Position numbers and translations under genes: made by a program. This document shows, piece after piece, positions 12,966 through 22,403 of a stretch of DNA of 64,000 nucleotides (position 1 is the first letter of the stretch; each line of letters starts with the position of its first letter). Source of the DNA: Macrostomum lignano (lineage: Eukaryota); assembly GCA_002269645.1 (NCBI GenBank), contig NIVC01000495.1, positions 83,083 through 147,082 on the forward strand, in the 5' to 3' direction. Below the pieces are notes generated by a model. That model worked only from the letters and a program-made list of their open reading frames with translations. It did not search any database and had not been told where the DNA came from.

Positions 12966-13768
12966 GAAATATAAATCATTCTAGGCCACTCAAACGCACC
13001 CAATATATGTGCAATCCTCCTTTTTTGACGCGAATTCGAATTGAGAATAAATCGGCACTAGAAGCCCACGACAAGTGAGTATGAATTTATTATGAAGAAA
13101 AAATTTGCATAATCAATCTAGTATAAATGCTTTGCTCGGATTCCACAGCCACTGAGCCAGTCCAATGGCAGCTGCAATATGGCGCCTACCCGACCCGGTT
13201 TGCCGGGGAGGCCGCTCACTCCCTTGCGGACAGCTGTTTTATTGATTTGCGCGAGTGGACGAGACGGCTAAGACTGCTTTAAACCCAGAGGCTAAATAGA
13301 ATAGAGGGCCCGCCGATTACCATTTTGCTGGCGGGTGGCCGGGTTGGGGGGGGGGGGGCAAGTCCCACTTTAATGGCAGATTCACTTCACCGGCTGCGTT
13401 AATTAGAGTTCTGCAGGCTGCTCACGATGTCCAGATCGGCAGATCCGGGATCTCTGCAGAATTCGCCTACCTCCCTTGGGGACTTGGGGGGAATACTGTG
13501 TAGTACTTGGGTACACTTTTTCCCTTCAATCATGATAGTTTGGAATTAGGCATCAGGATGGATCGCTATTCCCTGTCAAGGAAGCTGTCGTTGAAAAAAG
13601 CGATAAGCGGGAACGCCGCCATTCTTCCGAGCCCCTGGGTCGTCTGGTCATTCAGTCCATCCGTCATTTTCAAACTACCGAAACAGTTTTCTATGTGCTA
13701 TAATGTACTATCTCTCTCGCGTGTCTACAAACTTAAATTATAAACTACTAAAAAACCGCAACCAACAG

Positions 13769-13925
13769 CCGTATCTCTGCATTCTGCTCAAGTGCATCTG
13801 GGAAACCACGCGAACCTCCATCTTCGCGTGGATGCTGGCCGAGGGGATTAATATTCACGATAGGATCGCGGTCACCGTGTTCCAGACCAACACCGGAATG
13901 TGGCGCAACTACCTGCTGGGATATG
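13769..13925 (+). CDS. pdfr: PDF-receptor-like GPCR exon e (TM3/ICL2)
   Basis: caacag|PYLCILLKCIWETTRTSIFAWMLAEGINIHDRIAVTVFQ...LGY|gtgagt; class B WMxxEGxxxH motif with PDFR-like PYLC and VxVFQ. Confidence 0.92.
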
Positions 13926-14580
13926 GTGAGTCCTACGGGTGGCTCTTGATGCTGGTCTTGATGCAGTGAGTCCTGCGGGTGGCTCCTGATGCTGCTCTGG
14001 GATGCAGTGAGTCCTGCGGGTGGCTCCTGATGCTGCTCTGGGATGCAGTGAGTCCTGGGTGGCTCCTGATGCTGTTCTTAGATGCAGTGAGTCCTCCTGG
14101 GTGGCTCCTGATGCTGGTCTTGATGCAGTGAGTCCTGCTGGTTGGCTCCTGATGCTGGTCTTGGATGCAGTGAGTCCTGGTTGGCGCCTGATGCTGGTCT
14201 TTGATGCGGTGAGTCCTGAGTGGCGCTTGATGGTGGTCCTGGATGCGGTGAGTCCTGAGTGGCGCTTGATGGTGGTCCTGGATGCGGTGAGTCCTGAGTG
14301 GCGCTTGATGGTGGTCCTGGATGCGGTGAGTCCTGAGTGGCGCCTGTGAGTCCTGAGTGGCGCTTGATGGTGGTCCTGGATGCGGTGAGTCCTGAGTGGC
14401 GCCTGTGAGTCCTGAGTGGCGCTTGATGGTGGTCCTGGATGCGGTGAGTCCTGAGTGGCGCTTGATGCTGGTCCTGGATGCGGTGCGCCACGTGTGACTC
14501 CTGGGTCCTGATGGTGCTTTTGGATGCGGTCAGTCCTGAGGGTTCTATCGGGAGCTCCGGAATGCGGTGAGTCCTAAATG
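13926..14580. repeat. 39-41-bp minisatellite starting exactly at the 5' splice site
   Basis: GTGAGTCCTGAGTGGCGCTTGATGGTGGTCCTGGATGCG units, ~16 GTGAGT copies, the first being the real donor. Confidence 0.92.
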
Positions 14581-14630
14581 ATTCTCATTCGGCATCCCAG
14601 TTTCCCAGTTTGCCCTGGTGCATCCCACAG

Positions 14631-14700
14631 GTCTGCCCGTGGTTCCAACCATCGTCTGGTCTGGTGTTGTTCTGTGGCACAATGAGCACAACCCGAATAA
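14631..14700 (+). CDS. pdfr: PDF-receptor-like GPCR exon f (TM4)
   Basis: ccacag|GLPVVPTIVWSGVVLWHNEHNPN|gtaagt; completes GYGLP (class B GWGxP). Confidence 0.88.
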
Positions 14701-14796
14701 GTAAGTCTAAGTGAAATATCATCAGTTTTCGTGAGTCCAACTGCTGAAAATGTCCTCTGCGACACCCACCTCTAAACTTGACCGCAAAACTTTCAG

Positions 14797-14866
14797 GTGC
14801 TGGAAGGAGTCATTTTTCTCGAATTTCTACTGGATTCTGAGCGCCTGTCGAATTTTTACCTTTGCT
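14797..14866 (+). CDS. pdfr: PDF-receptor-like GPCR exon g (ECL2/TM5 start)
   Basis: tttcag|KCWKESFFSNFYWILSACRIFTFA|gtgagc; conserved ECL2 CW and WI. Confidence 0.88.
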
Positions 14867-14955
14867 GTGAGCTAAAAAAATGTTCAACTCTTGAAAACTT
14901 CTAACGATCCACCAATCGCTTGCAAACTGATGCCGATTGTCCTCAACTCACTCAG

Positions 14956-15041
14956 ATCAACATTGGCTTCTTGCTCAACGTACTTCGAGTTCTGGTGATG
15001 CGTCTGCGAGAGATTCGCTCCAATGAGACCCAGCAGATGAG
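14956..15041 (+). CDS. pdfr: PDF-receptor-like GPCR exon h (TM5/ICL3)
   Basis: actcag|INIGFLLNVLRVLVMRLREIRSNETQQMR|gtgggt; NxxFLxNxxRVLxxxLR motif. Confidence 0.92.
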
Positions 15042-15187
15042 GTGGGTGGCCGGTGGGTAATTTTTAGTTCTGAATGGTGACAAACTGCTATTAATACTAC
15101 TTATAGCGACTATAAAACCTTTTTATAGTTACTCCTAGGCCGAACTATCTCAAACTTCGGCAAGAATTTCCATTGAAACGTTTCTAG

Positions 15188-15365
15188 GAAAGCGCTCCGC
15201 GCCGCCTTCCTCCTGCTGCCCCTGCTGGGCATCACCAACGTGATCTGCACGGTGCCCGACCCGGTCAAAACAGTCAACTTCATCGTCGTCACGACGCTGA
15301 AATCCTGCCTGCTGAGCTTCCAGGGCCTGTTTCTGGCACTCATGTACTGCTTCCTGGACAAGGAG
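15188..15365 (+). CDS. pdfr: PDF-receptor-like GPCR exon i (TM6-TM7)
   Basis: ttctag|KALRAAFLLLPLLGITNV...SFQGLFLALMYCFLDKE|gtgaga; class B LxPLLG and SFQG..YCF motifs. Confidence 0.95.
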
Positions 15366-15607
15366 GTGAGACGCGAGCTCAGTACTGGAATAGCGGTGGA
15401 TCAAAGTGAGATCAAGCTGAGATTTTTATCAGATCTCAGCCAGAGGGCACAGGGTACACATGCTTAAGGAAGATAAGAAGGCTTAGCGGTCAGCAAAACA
15501 GGCATGGCTGCTTGGTTGCTTACTCGCTTCAGGTCAAGGTACGAGCTATATTTGTGGCCGCAACACCCACCATACTACCCCCCTCCCCCTGTTTCAATCC
15601 CATGCAG

Positions 15608-15838
15608 GTCCAGGCCACCCTCAGCCGCCTGCTTGCCCGCCATCGCCTGCGCCGAAGTCGAACACCCGGAAGCGCCTGCAGCGCCGGCGGCGTTGTCGGA
15701 GGCGGCATCGGCAGCGCCGGCGGAAGCACCAGCCGACGTGGCAACGGGAAAGAGACGATCGCCGACGAAGCTGGACTCCAGCTGACTGCCACCGCCGCGA
15801 TCTGTCACACGGCTGGAGTGCAGAGTCCGGCTGACTGA
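15608..15838 (+). CDS. pdfr: PDF-receptor-like GPCR terminal exon (helix 8, C-tail)
   Basis: atgcag|VQATLSRLLARHRLRRS...QSPAD*; continues E|VQ of helix 8; TGA at 15836-15838. Confidence 0.85.
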   Translation, partial: VQATLSRLLARHRLRRSRTPGSACSAGGVVGGGIGSAGGSTSRRGNGKETIADEAGLQLTATAAICHTAGVQSPAD

Positions 15839-16752
15839 AATTTGATGAAAAAATTCTACATTAACAGTGTCGACACTGGGATTTTGTTCTGCAAGGTCGA
15901 GGTCCAGCCTAGCGACGAGCTACTCTGCTTTTGCCGTCATTCATGCTGACACCCCGTCAAGCTAGTCAGTTCGGTGTGCTTCTAGTCGTTTCATTCTGTT
16001 GTGCGTCGCTTGGCTTAGATCTGAGTTTGAAGGCTGTTGTAGTAGCGCCTTCAGAGAGCGCTTTTTTAGCTTGTAGTCACAATCGCTTATGAGCATGCGC
16101 CCCAGGACCACTAGAAGTTACTATCGTATAACAGCGTTAACTTCTAGCGGTTCTTGGATAAGTAATAAGCAAGTCTGCAATGAACTTTTATTGTTTTTTT
16201 TTCAATTTTCGAGTGGAAGCTTGAGGTCTGAAGACAAGCAAGGCGAGACAGTTGAATTGTGGCTGAATGCATACACGTGAATTGCAGAGCCAGCCGACCA
16301 GATTAACCTGCCGAGTGTCCCAGTTCTTAAATCGAAAGGAAATGCTAAACTAGCGGAATTTGTTGACCAAGTTTTCCAGAAGAAGTTTTCTTATCGAGGG
16401 GCCTTTTGTGATGGAACTTTCCGTTCGCATTGGCAGCCAGTCACGCCGCTGAGGTCAACGCGACAGGGCGTTTCGCTGTAACGGTTTTGATAGACATGGT
16501 GGCAGCTCGGGCACGTGAGCCGCTTTTGCCGATTCTCCCGCTATAAAAGTCTGCACTGGAAGGACAGGTTGAGGAATTAAACTGAACTTCTACGGAAACT
16601 ATATTTAGAAATAAGCTGCGAGCTACTAAATCTGCACTGCATGGTACAGACAGTGGAAAGGATGGACTGCTTTTATGATTATCTTCACCATGCTTTACTG
16701 CCCGAGACAACTTTGGGGCGGAGAAGAGTACGAGTAGCCAGACTCAGAGAGG

Positions 16753-17755
16753 GATTTGATAGGCGAAGATAGGAACTTGATAGGGCAAGAGCGGGATTTG
16801 ATAGGTGAAGATAGGAATTTGATAGGGCAAGAGAGGGATTTGATAGGTGAAGATAGGAACTTGATAGGGCAAGAGAGGGATTTGATAGGGCAAAAGAGAG
16901 ATTTGATATGGCAAGAGAGGGATTTGATAAGGCAAATGAGATTTGATATGGCAAGAGAGGGATTTGATAAGGCAAATGAGAGATTTGATATGGCAAGAGA
17001 GGGATTTGATAAGGCAAATGAGAGATTTGATACGAGCGTATGGCAAGAGAGGGATTTGATAAGGCAAATGAGATTTGATATGGCAAGAGAGGGATTTGAT
17101 AAGGCAAATGAGAGATTTGATATGGCAAGAGAGGGATTTGATGGGGCAAATGAGAGATTTGATATGGCAAGAGAGGGATTTGATAAGGCAAATGAGATTT
17201 GATATGGCAAGAGAGGGATTTGATAAGGCAAATGAGAGATTTGATATGGCAAGAGAGGGATTTGATAAGGCAAATGAGAGATTTGATATGGCAAGAGAGG
17301 GATTTGATGGGGCAAATGAGAGATTTGATATGGCAAGAGAGGGATTTGATAAGGCAAATGAGATTTGATATGGCAAGAGAGGGATTTGATAAGGCAAATG
17401 AGAGATTTGATATGGCAAGAGAGGGATTTGATAAGGCAAATGAGAGATTTGATATGGCAAGAGAGGGATTTGATAAGGCAAATGAGATTTGATATGGCAA
17501 GAGGGATTTGATAAGGCAAATGAGAGATTTGATATGGCAAGAGAGGGATTTGATAAGGCAAATGAGAGATTTGATATGGCAAGAGAGGGATTTGATAAGG
17601 CAAATGAGAGATTTGATATGGCAAGAGAGGGATTTGATGGGGCAAATGAGAGATTTGATATGGCAAGAGAGGGATTTGATAGGGCAAGAGAGGGATTTGA
17701 TAGGGCAAATGAGAGATTTGATAGGGCAAGATAGGAACTTGATAGGTGAAGAGAG
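16753..17755. repeat. Intergenic 21/42-bp dimeric minisatellite between convergent genes
   Basis: Alternating GATTTGATATGGCAAGAGAGG and GATTTGATAAGGCAAATGAGA subunits with 19-nt variants. Confidence 0.93.
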
Positions 17756-18930
17756 TTTTGATTTACTGTAAGCGCCTCATACGTAAATGGTTTCCAGTAA
17801 AGTTTTTAATCAAAACTTTAAAACTAATTGTGACAAATTCTAAAGCCCCATCTCAATGTGCAATCTCTCAATAGAAGTAGTGATTGAAAATTGGGACTCA
17901 GCAGGTTCAAAGCTAAAACTCAAAACCACTGGTCACCGAGAAATGTCAGTAAATAAAATTCGAAGATCGGCACTTTCAGACAAGTAAAGCAAGAGAGTAA
18001 TATTCGATCAGATATATTTAAGTTTCTCTGCTCCATAGCACGATAGAACGCGTTACAATCTACGCATGCAGCACATCGTTGAAATACAGTTAGCTATTTA
18101 TATTACATTCGCACGAGCACAATACGAATCCTGGTCTTATAGTACGCAAGAGAACAATAATTGGAAACATCTGACACATCAGGTTAAGCAGCAACTGCAC
18201 AGAAGCGCCGCAGGTGGTGGCACACAGATTACAGGTTAATCGGAAACAATTAGTGCGTAGGATGATGCAACAAAATACAATGAAGTCGAGCACAGGAAAT
18301 CAGGGAGTTTATATCAACAAACATCTGCTACACTGATTTTGAAGTCGCCAAAACAAGAGAGGTGCAAGCTGTAAGCTGCGACAGTAACATACATGGCGTT
18401 AATGAATTAAAGAGTTAATCACGCAATGCTTCGAATGCTTCGTCTGGAGACCGACACTCCGCATCCAGATTTCTCCCTATCCTAGCAATCTTGCTTTCAC
18501 ATCAAATCTCGCTCTGCTACAGTGTAGTGCGACTCCATTCTAAACATTCGACTAAAATATAAACTCATAGAAAAACACGCATACATCTATAAATATTGCT
18601 CTGTGCGCGCCAGTGCTACTAAGAGAAGTACATACGAGTAGTACGTGCGAGAGTACAGCTAAAGCAATCGTTCGAGCGCTGGCTGAAATGCACGGCCAAG
18701 GCTGGACGCGATACGCGCCTGGCCGCCAGCGGGCGGACCAGACATACGGGGGGCTCACAACGCAGAGCAGATCGCAATAAGTGGTATTAATAGTATCGTC
18801 TGAGATCAGCGCGGCTGGTCAGGACGGCCTCTGGCATTCGAGAGCCGCTTCGGGCATCAAGCAACGCGGCACCCACTGAATGCGGTGGAATGTCATAAAA
18901 GAAGGCCGTGGAAGCCACCAAAGACGTGGC

Positions 18931-19497
18931 TTACTCGCTGACCAGCTCCTGCATCAGGGGCGGCACCTTGGCCAATTCCAGCGCCTTGGCCGCGTCGCTG
19001 TAGCAGGTGTCCAGCCAGCGAATCTGCACCAGCAGCAGCAGCGCCTTCTTGCTGGTGTACCTGGCCACCTGGCCGTCCAGTTTGCAGCTGCCAGCCGCAA
19101 TATCGTCCAGGTAGTTCAGGTAGTTCCACTGCACCTGGCGCAGGCTGGACTTCTCGGCATCCGTGAGGGCCAGCGGAACATCCTCCTCAAGCAGGTACAG
19201 GGCCATGAGCACCACGGCTGCCAGGTGGCAGCGCTCGCGAAACAGGCGCTGCATCTCTCGATAGAAGCCGATCAATGCGTTGTACATTCGCTCCACGTCT
19301 GCTGGGGTGTACAGCGCCCGGCCGTCCGTCAGACAGCGCTTGGTGAGGCACATAAAGGTGCTGTAAACGCCATCCCTGGCCGGTATGACGGCCTCGTCCA
19401 GTACCGGCCGGCCGCTGTCCACCGAATAGACCCACGCGTCCCTGTCCGGTTCGTAGTTCAGCTGGCTGATGATTTGCAGGGCGCCGAACACTCGAAA
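18931..19497 (-). CDS. Nuclear receptor, NR1J (HR96/DAF-12/NHR-8)-like: exon 5, LBD C-terminal part
   Basis: ccgccag|FRVFGALQIISQLNYEPDRDAWVY...VPPLMQELVSE*; NYxxxxxxW after helix 5 and an AF-2-like PLMxEL end. The stop overlaps a possible GTAAG donor, so the terminus could differ. Confidence 0.8.
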   Translation of the reverse strand, partial: FRVFGALQIISQLNYEPDRDAWVYSVDSGRPVLDEAVIPARDGVYSTFMCLTKRCLTDGRALYTPADVERMYNALIGFYREMQRLFRERCHLAAVVLMALYLLEEDVPLALTDAEKSSLRQVQWNYLNYLDDIAAGSCKLDGQVARYTSKKALLLLVQIRWLDTCYSDAAKALELAKVPPLMQELVSE

Positions 19498-19745
19498 CTG
19501 GCGGGGTGGATGGGGGCGGGAGCTCCGAGATTTAGAGGGGATAGGATCCCAACGAAATCTCAAATCCCGACATTATGAAGACTTTCTCAAGTATTGATAA
19601 AAGTGTCTCTGTAGCCGGTGGCTCATACGTGTCTTTAGGATGTAACACTAGTCCTTAATGAATGTCCCGATGGCGAGCATGGCCAAATCCTGTCCAGACT
19701 TGTCCCGCCACAAAAGCTACAGAGCCAAAAGGCACCCAGCCTCAC

Positions 19746-20290
19746 CTTGACGATGCGGCCAAGCAGAGCCTTGTCCAGCTGGTCAAAGTAGGGCAGCTGC
19801 GGGATCAGGCGGATCATCTTGCGGATGGGGTTGTCCATGCAGGCGAACCCGTCCTCCAGGTACAAAATCTTCATCAGCAGGGCGCCAGCCGACTTTCTGT
19901 CCTGCGGTTCTCGGTATTCGCGGACGCAGCTGGACAGCGCGCTGAACTTCGGGCTGGCCTCGAGCTGCTTGCTGTCAGGGCTGAGCTCCGGCTCGCTGGG
20001 CGACTCTGCGGCGTCCTCCTTCTCTTCGTCATCTTCATCATCTTCGTCTGTATCGGCAAAGTCGGCGGCCTCCTCCTTTACGCGCAGCTGGTGCGGCGGC
20101 GAGGGCTGCGACTGGGATCTGCCGGAGCCTGACGGGGCTTCGTCGCTGATGCTGCTGCGGCTGCCGCTGACGCTGGCGAGGGGCAGCGCGGCGAGCAGCT
20201 GGTTGATGTCCACGCTAGCCGGGATTCGACACCAGCGGTAACGCGGCTTCTTGAAGGTCGGCCGGGCCCGGCTACGAAGCTTCTCGTCGG
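19746..20290 (-). CDS. NR1J-like nuclear receptor exon 4 (hinge, LBD helices 3-4)
   Basis: gtgcag|SDEKLRSRARP...IRKMIRLIPQLPYFDQLDKALLGRIVK|gtgagg; phases 1/0 fit; acidic hinge and a degenerate helix 3-4 signature. Confidence 0.85.
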
Positions 20291-20531
20291 CTGCACGGAG
20301 GTGGCATAGTAAGCAGAATGGTAGGGTCAGAGTAGATAGAATAGAGAGAGAGAGTTGTCAGAATCGTGCATCAGAAAGGCTGCTTAAATCTGAATACAAA
20401 TGCAGAGTTGTAGTGGTTTAAGCCAGGGGATAACAACATCCAGTTTCAATTAGAAGCTAAAATTTCCCAGTTAATCCCGGGCGGTGTGAGAGGCAGCAAA
20501 GAGTCACATTCATCGGAAGGCTTCTACTCAC

Positions 20532-20655
20532 ACAAGATGAGCTCCTTCCGCATGCCCACAGCGAAGCACTTCCTCAGCCGGCAGGCCGTGCAGGAGCGGC
20601 GGTACTCGCGCAACACGTTGCAGTTGTTGTAGTGCAGGCAGCGGATTTGCGACGG
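20532..20655 (-). CDS. NR1J-like nuclear receptor exon 3 (zinc finger 2)
   Basis: ctcgcag|PSQIRCLHYNNCNVLREYRRSCTACRLRKCFAVGMRKELIL|gtgagt; C-x5-C-x9-C-x2-C plus RLxKCxxxGM. Not represented in the ORF track. Confidence 0.95.
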
Positions 20656-20722
20656 CTGCGAGACGGCGGACAGTGGGTGTTGCTAGGTGACTGATTGGCA
20701 CAACAGGATTTATCAGGATCCT

Positions 20723-21506
20723 CACCGTCTCCCCTCACTGTCTCCCTCACTGTCTCCCTCACCGTCTACCCTCACTGTCTCCCTCACTGTCTCCCTCACT
20801 GTCTCCCCTCACCATCTCCCTCACCGTCTCCCTCACCGTCTCCCTCACCGTCTCCCTCACCGTCTCCCTCACTGTCTCCCCTCACTGTCTCCCCTCACTG
20901 TCTCCCTCATAATCTCCCCTCACTGTCTCCCCCACTGTCTCCCTCACCGTCTACCCTCACCGTCTCCCTCACTGTCTCCCCTCACTGTCTCCCCTCACTG
21001 TCTCCCTCACTGTCTCCCCTCACTGTCTCCCCTCACTGTCTCCCCTCACTGTCTCCCCTCACTGTCTCCCTCACTGTCTCCCTCATAATCTTCCCTCACT
21101 GTCTCCCCCACTGTCTCCCTCACCGTCTACCCTCACCGTCTCCCTAAATGTCTCCCTCACCGTCTCCCTCACCGTCTCCCTCACTGTCTCCCCTCACTGT
21201 CTCCCCTCACTGTCTCCCCTCACTGTCTCCCCTCACTGTCTCCCTCACTGTCTCCCTCATAATCTCCCCTCACTGTCTCCCCCACTGTCTCCCTCACCGT
21301 CTCCCTCACTGTCTCCCTCACCGTCTCCCTCACTGTCTCCCCTCACTGTCTCCCTCACTGTCTCCCTCATAATCTCCCCTCACTGTCTCCCTCACTGTCT
21401 CCCTCACTGTCTCCCTCACTGTCCCCTCACTGTCTCCCCTCACCGTCTCCCTCACTGTCTCCCCTCACCGTCTCCCTCACTGTCTCCCTCACTGTCTCCC
21501 CTCACT
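20723..21506. repeat. 12/13-bp minisatellite filling the intron between the two zinc fingers
   Basis: CTCCCTCACTGT / CTCCCTCACCGT / CTCCCCTCACTGT, ~60 units; reads (A)CAGTGAGGG or CGGTGAGGG on the gene's sense strand. Confidence 0.93.
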
Positions 21507-21528
21507 GCTTCCAATCGGCCCTGCCTAC

Positions 21529-21766
21529 CTCTCGCTTGGCATTCCGCCTGAAAAAGGTTTTGCACGACTCGCACGTGGCCACGCCGAAGTTGTTGCCCGA
21601 GGCGGCCAGCTGGCAGACCAGGCACTCGGCGTCGCCAGACAGAACCGGCTGGCGGCTTCGCCGGGCAGGCTGCTGGTGCTGGTTCTGTTGTTGGTGCTGG
21701 TACTGCTGGTGCTGGACTTGCTGTGGCCAATAGATATCATCGGTAACCTCTTCCAGTTCAACGAAG
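21529..21766 (-). CDS. NR1J-like nuclear receptor exon 2 (Gln-rich A/B region and zinc finger 1)
   Basis: tcttcag|FVELEEVTDDIYWPQQVQHQQ...ECLVCQLAASGNNFGVATCESCKTFFRRNAKRE|gtaggc; C-x2-C-x13-C-x2-C, P-box ESCKT, FFRRNA typical of NR1I/J. Confidence 0.95.
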
Positions 21767-22374
21767 CTGAAGATTGAGTTTAATTAACAATTAGTTCAAC
21801 TCTTTCTTTTTGTGCTTTTAGTGGTTACGATATTCATTATTTGCTTATTTTATTATATTTATGGTATCATTTGCACAATTATATTAACAATTACTATTAA
21901 ACTACTTATAGTAGACGTGCCAATGGATTTGAAAATCAACTGTAATGTCTATAATTTCTATCAATAGTATATAAGAAAATACAATGTGGCATGATATAGC
22001 TTTTTGCTATCGGTTTGAGCTTATGGGCAGCAGGGCAGTTGACTAAATCCAGAGGGGTAGAAAGATGCACTCAAGTCTCCAGACAACTGCTGCTCCCAGT
22101 CTATGGGCCGAAAGTGTGACTGACTGTGACTGGTGAGCAAAGACGATCTTTGGAGCTTTAACTTAGTCCTCTTGTGTCTGCTAAAGACTTACCATCGCTC
22201 TCTAACCTACAAATCAGCAACAATATGAGCTTGGAAGATGAAGATAGCGACACTAGCTATGCAAAAACGGCCCCTGCAGACGAGCCCGCAACCAAAAACA
22301 TGGACAAAGATCAGTGATAGTTGAAATGGAGCTTATAAAAACAAATTTATATAAGTCGATATTTTTATAATTAC

Positions 22375-22403
22375 CTATTCGGATCGCTGTCCCATAGCGA
22401 CAT
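22375..22403 (-). CDS. NR1J-like nuclear receptor, probable first coding exon
   Basis: cagccATG TCG CTA TGG GAC AGC GAT CCG AAT AG|gtaatt (MSLWDSDPNS); the phase-2 end matches the exon 2 acceptor. Total CDS 1503 nt, 500 aa. Confidence 0.6.

Noticed and set aside
16685-17771. Overlapping repeat ORFs (RFDMAREGFDKANE, PYQIPLL)
   Set aside because: Products of the 21/42-bp array; frames switch at 19-nt variants; no splice or start context.
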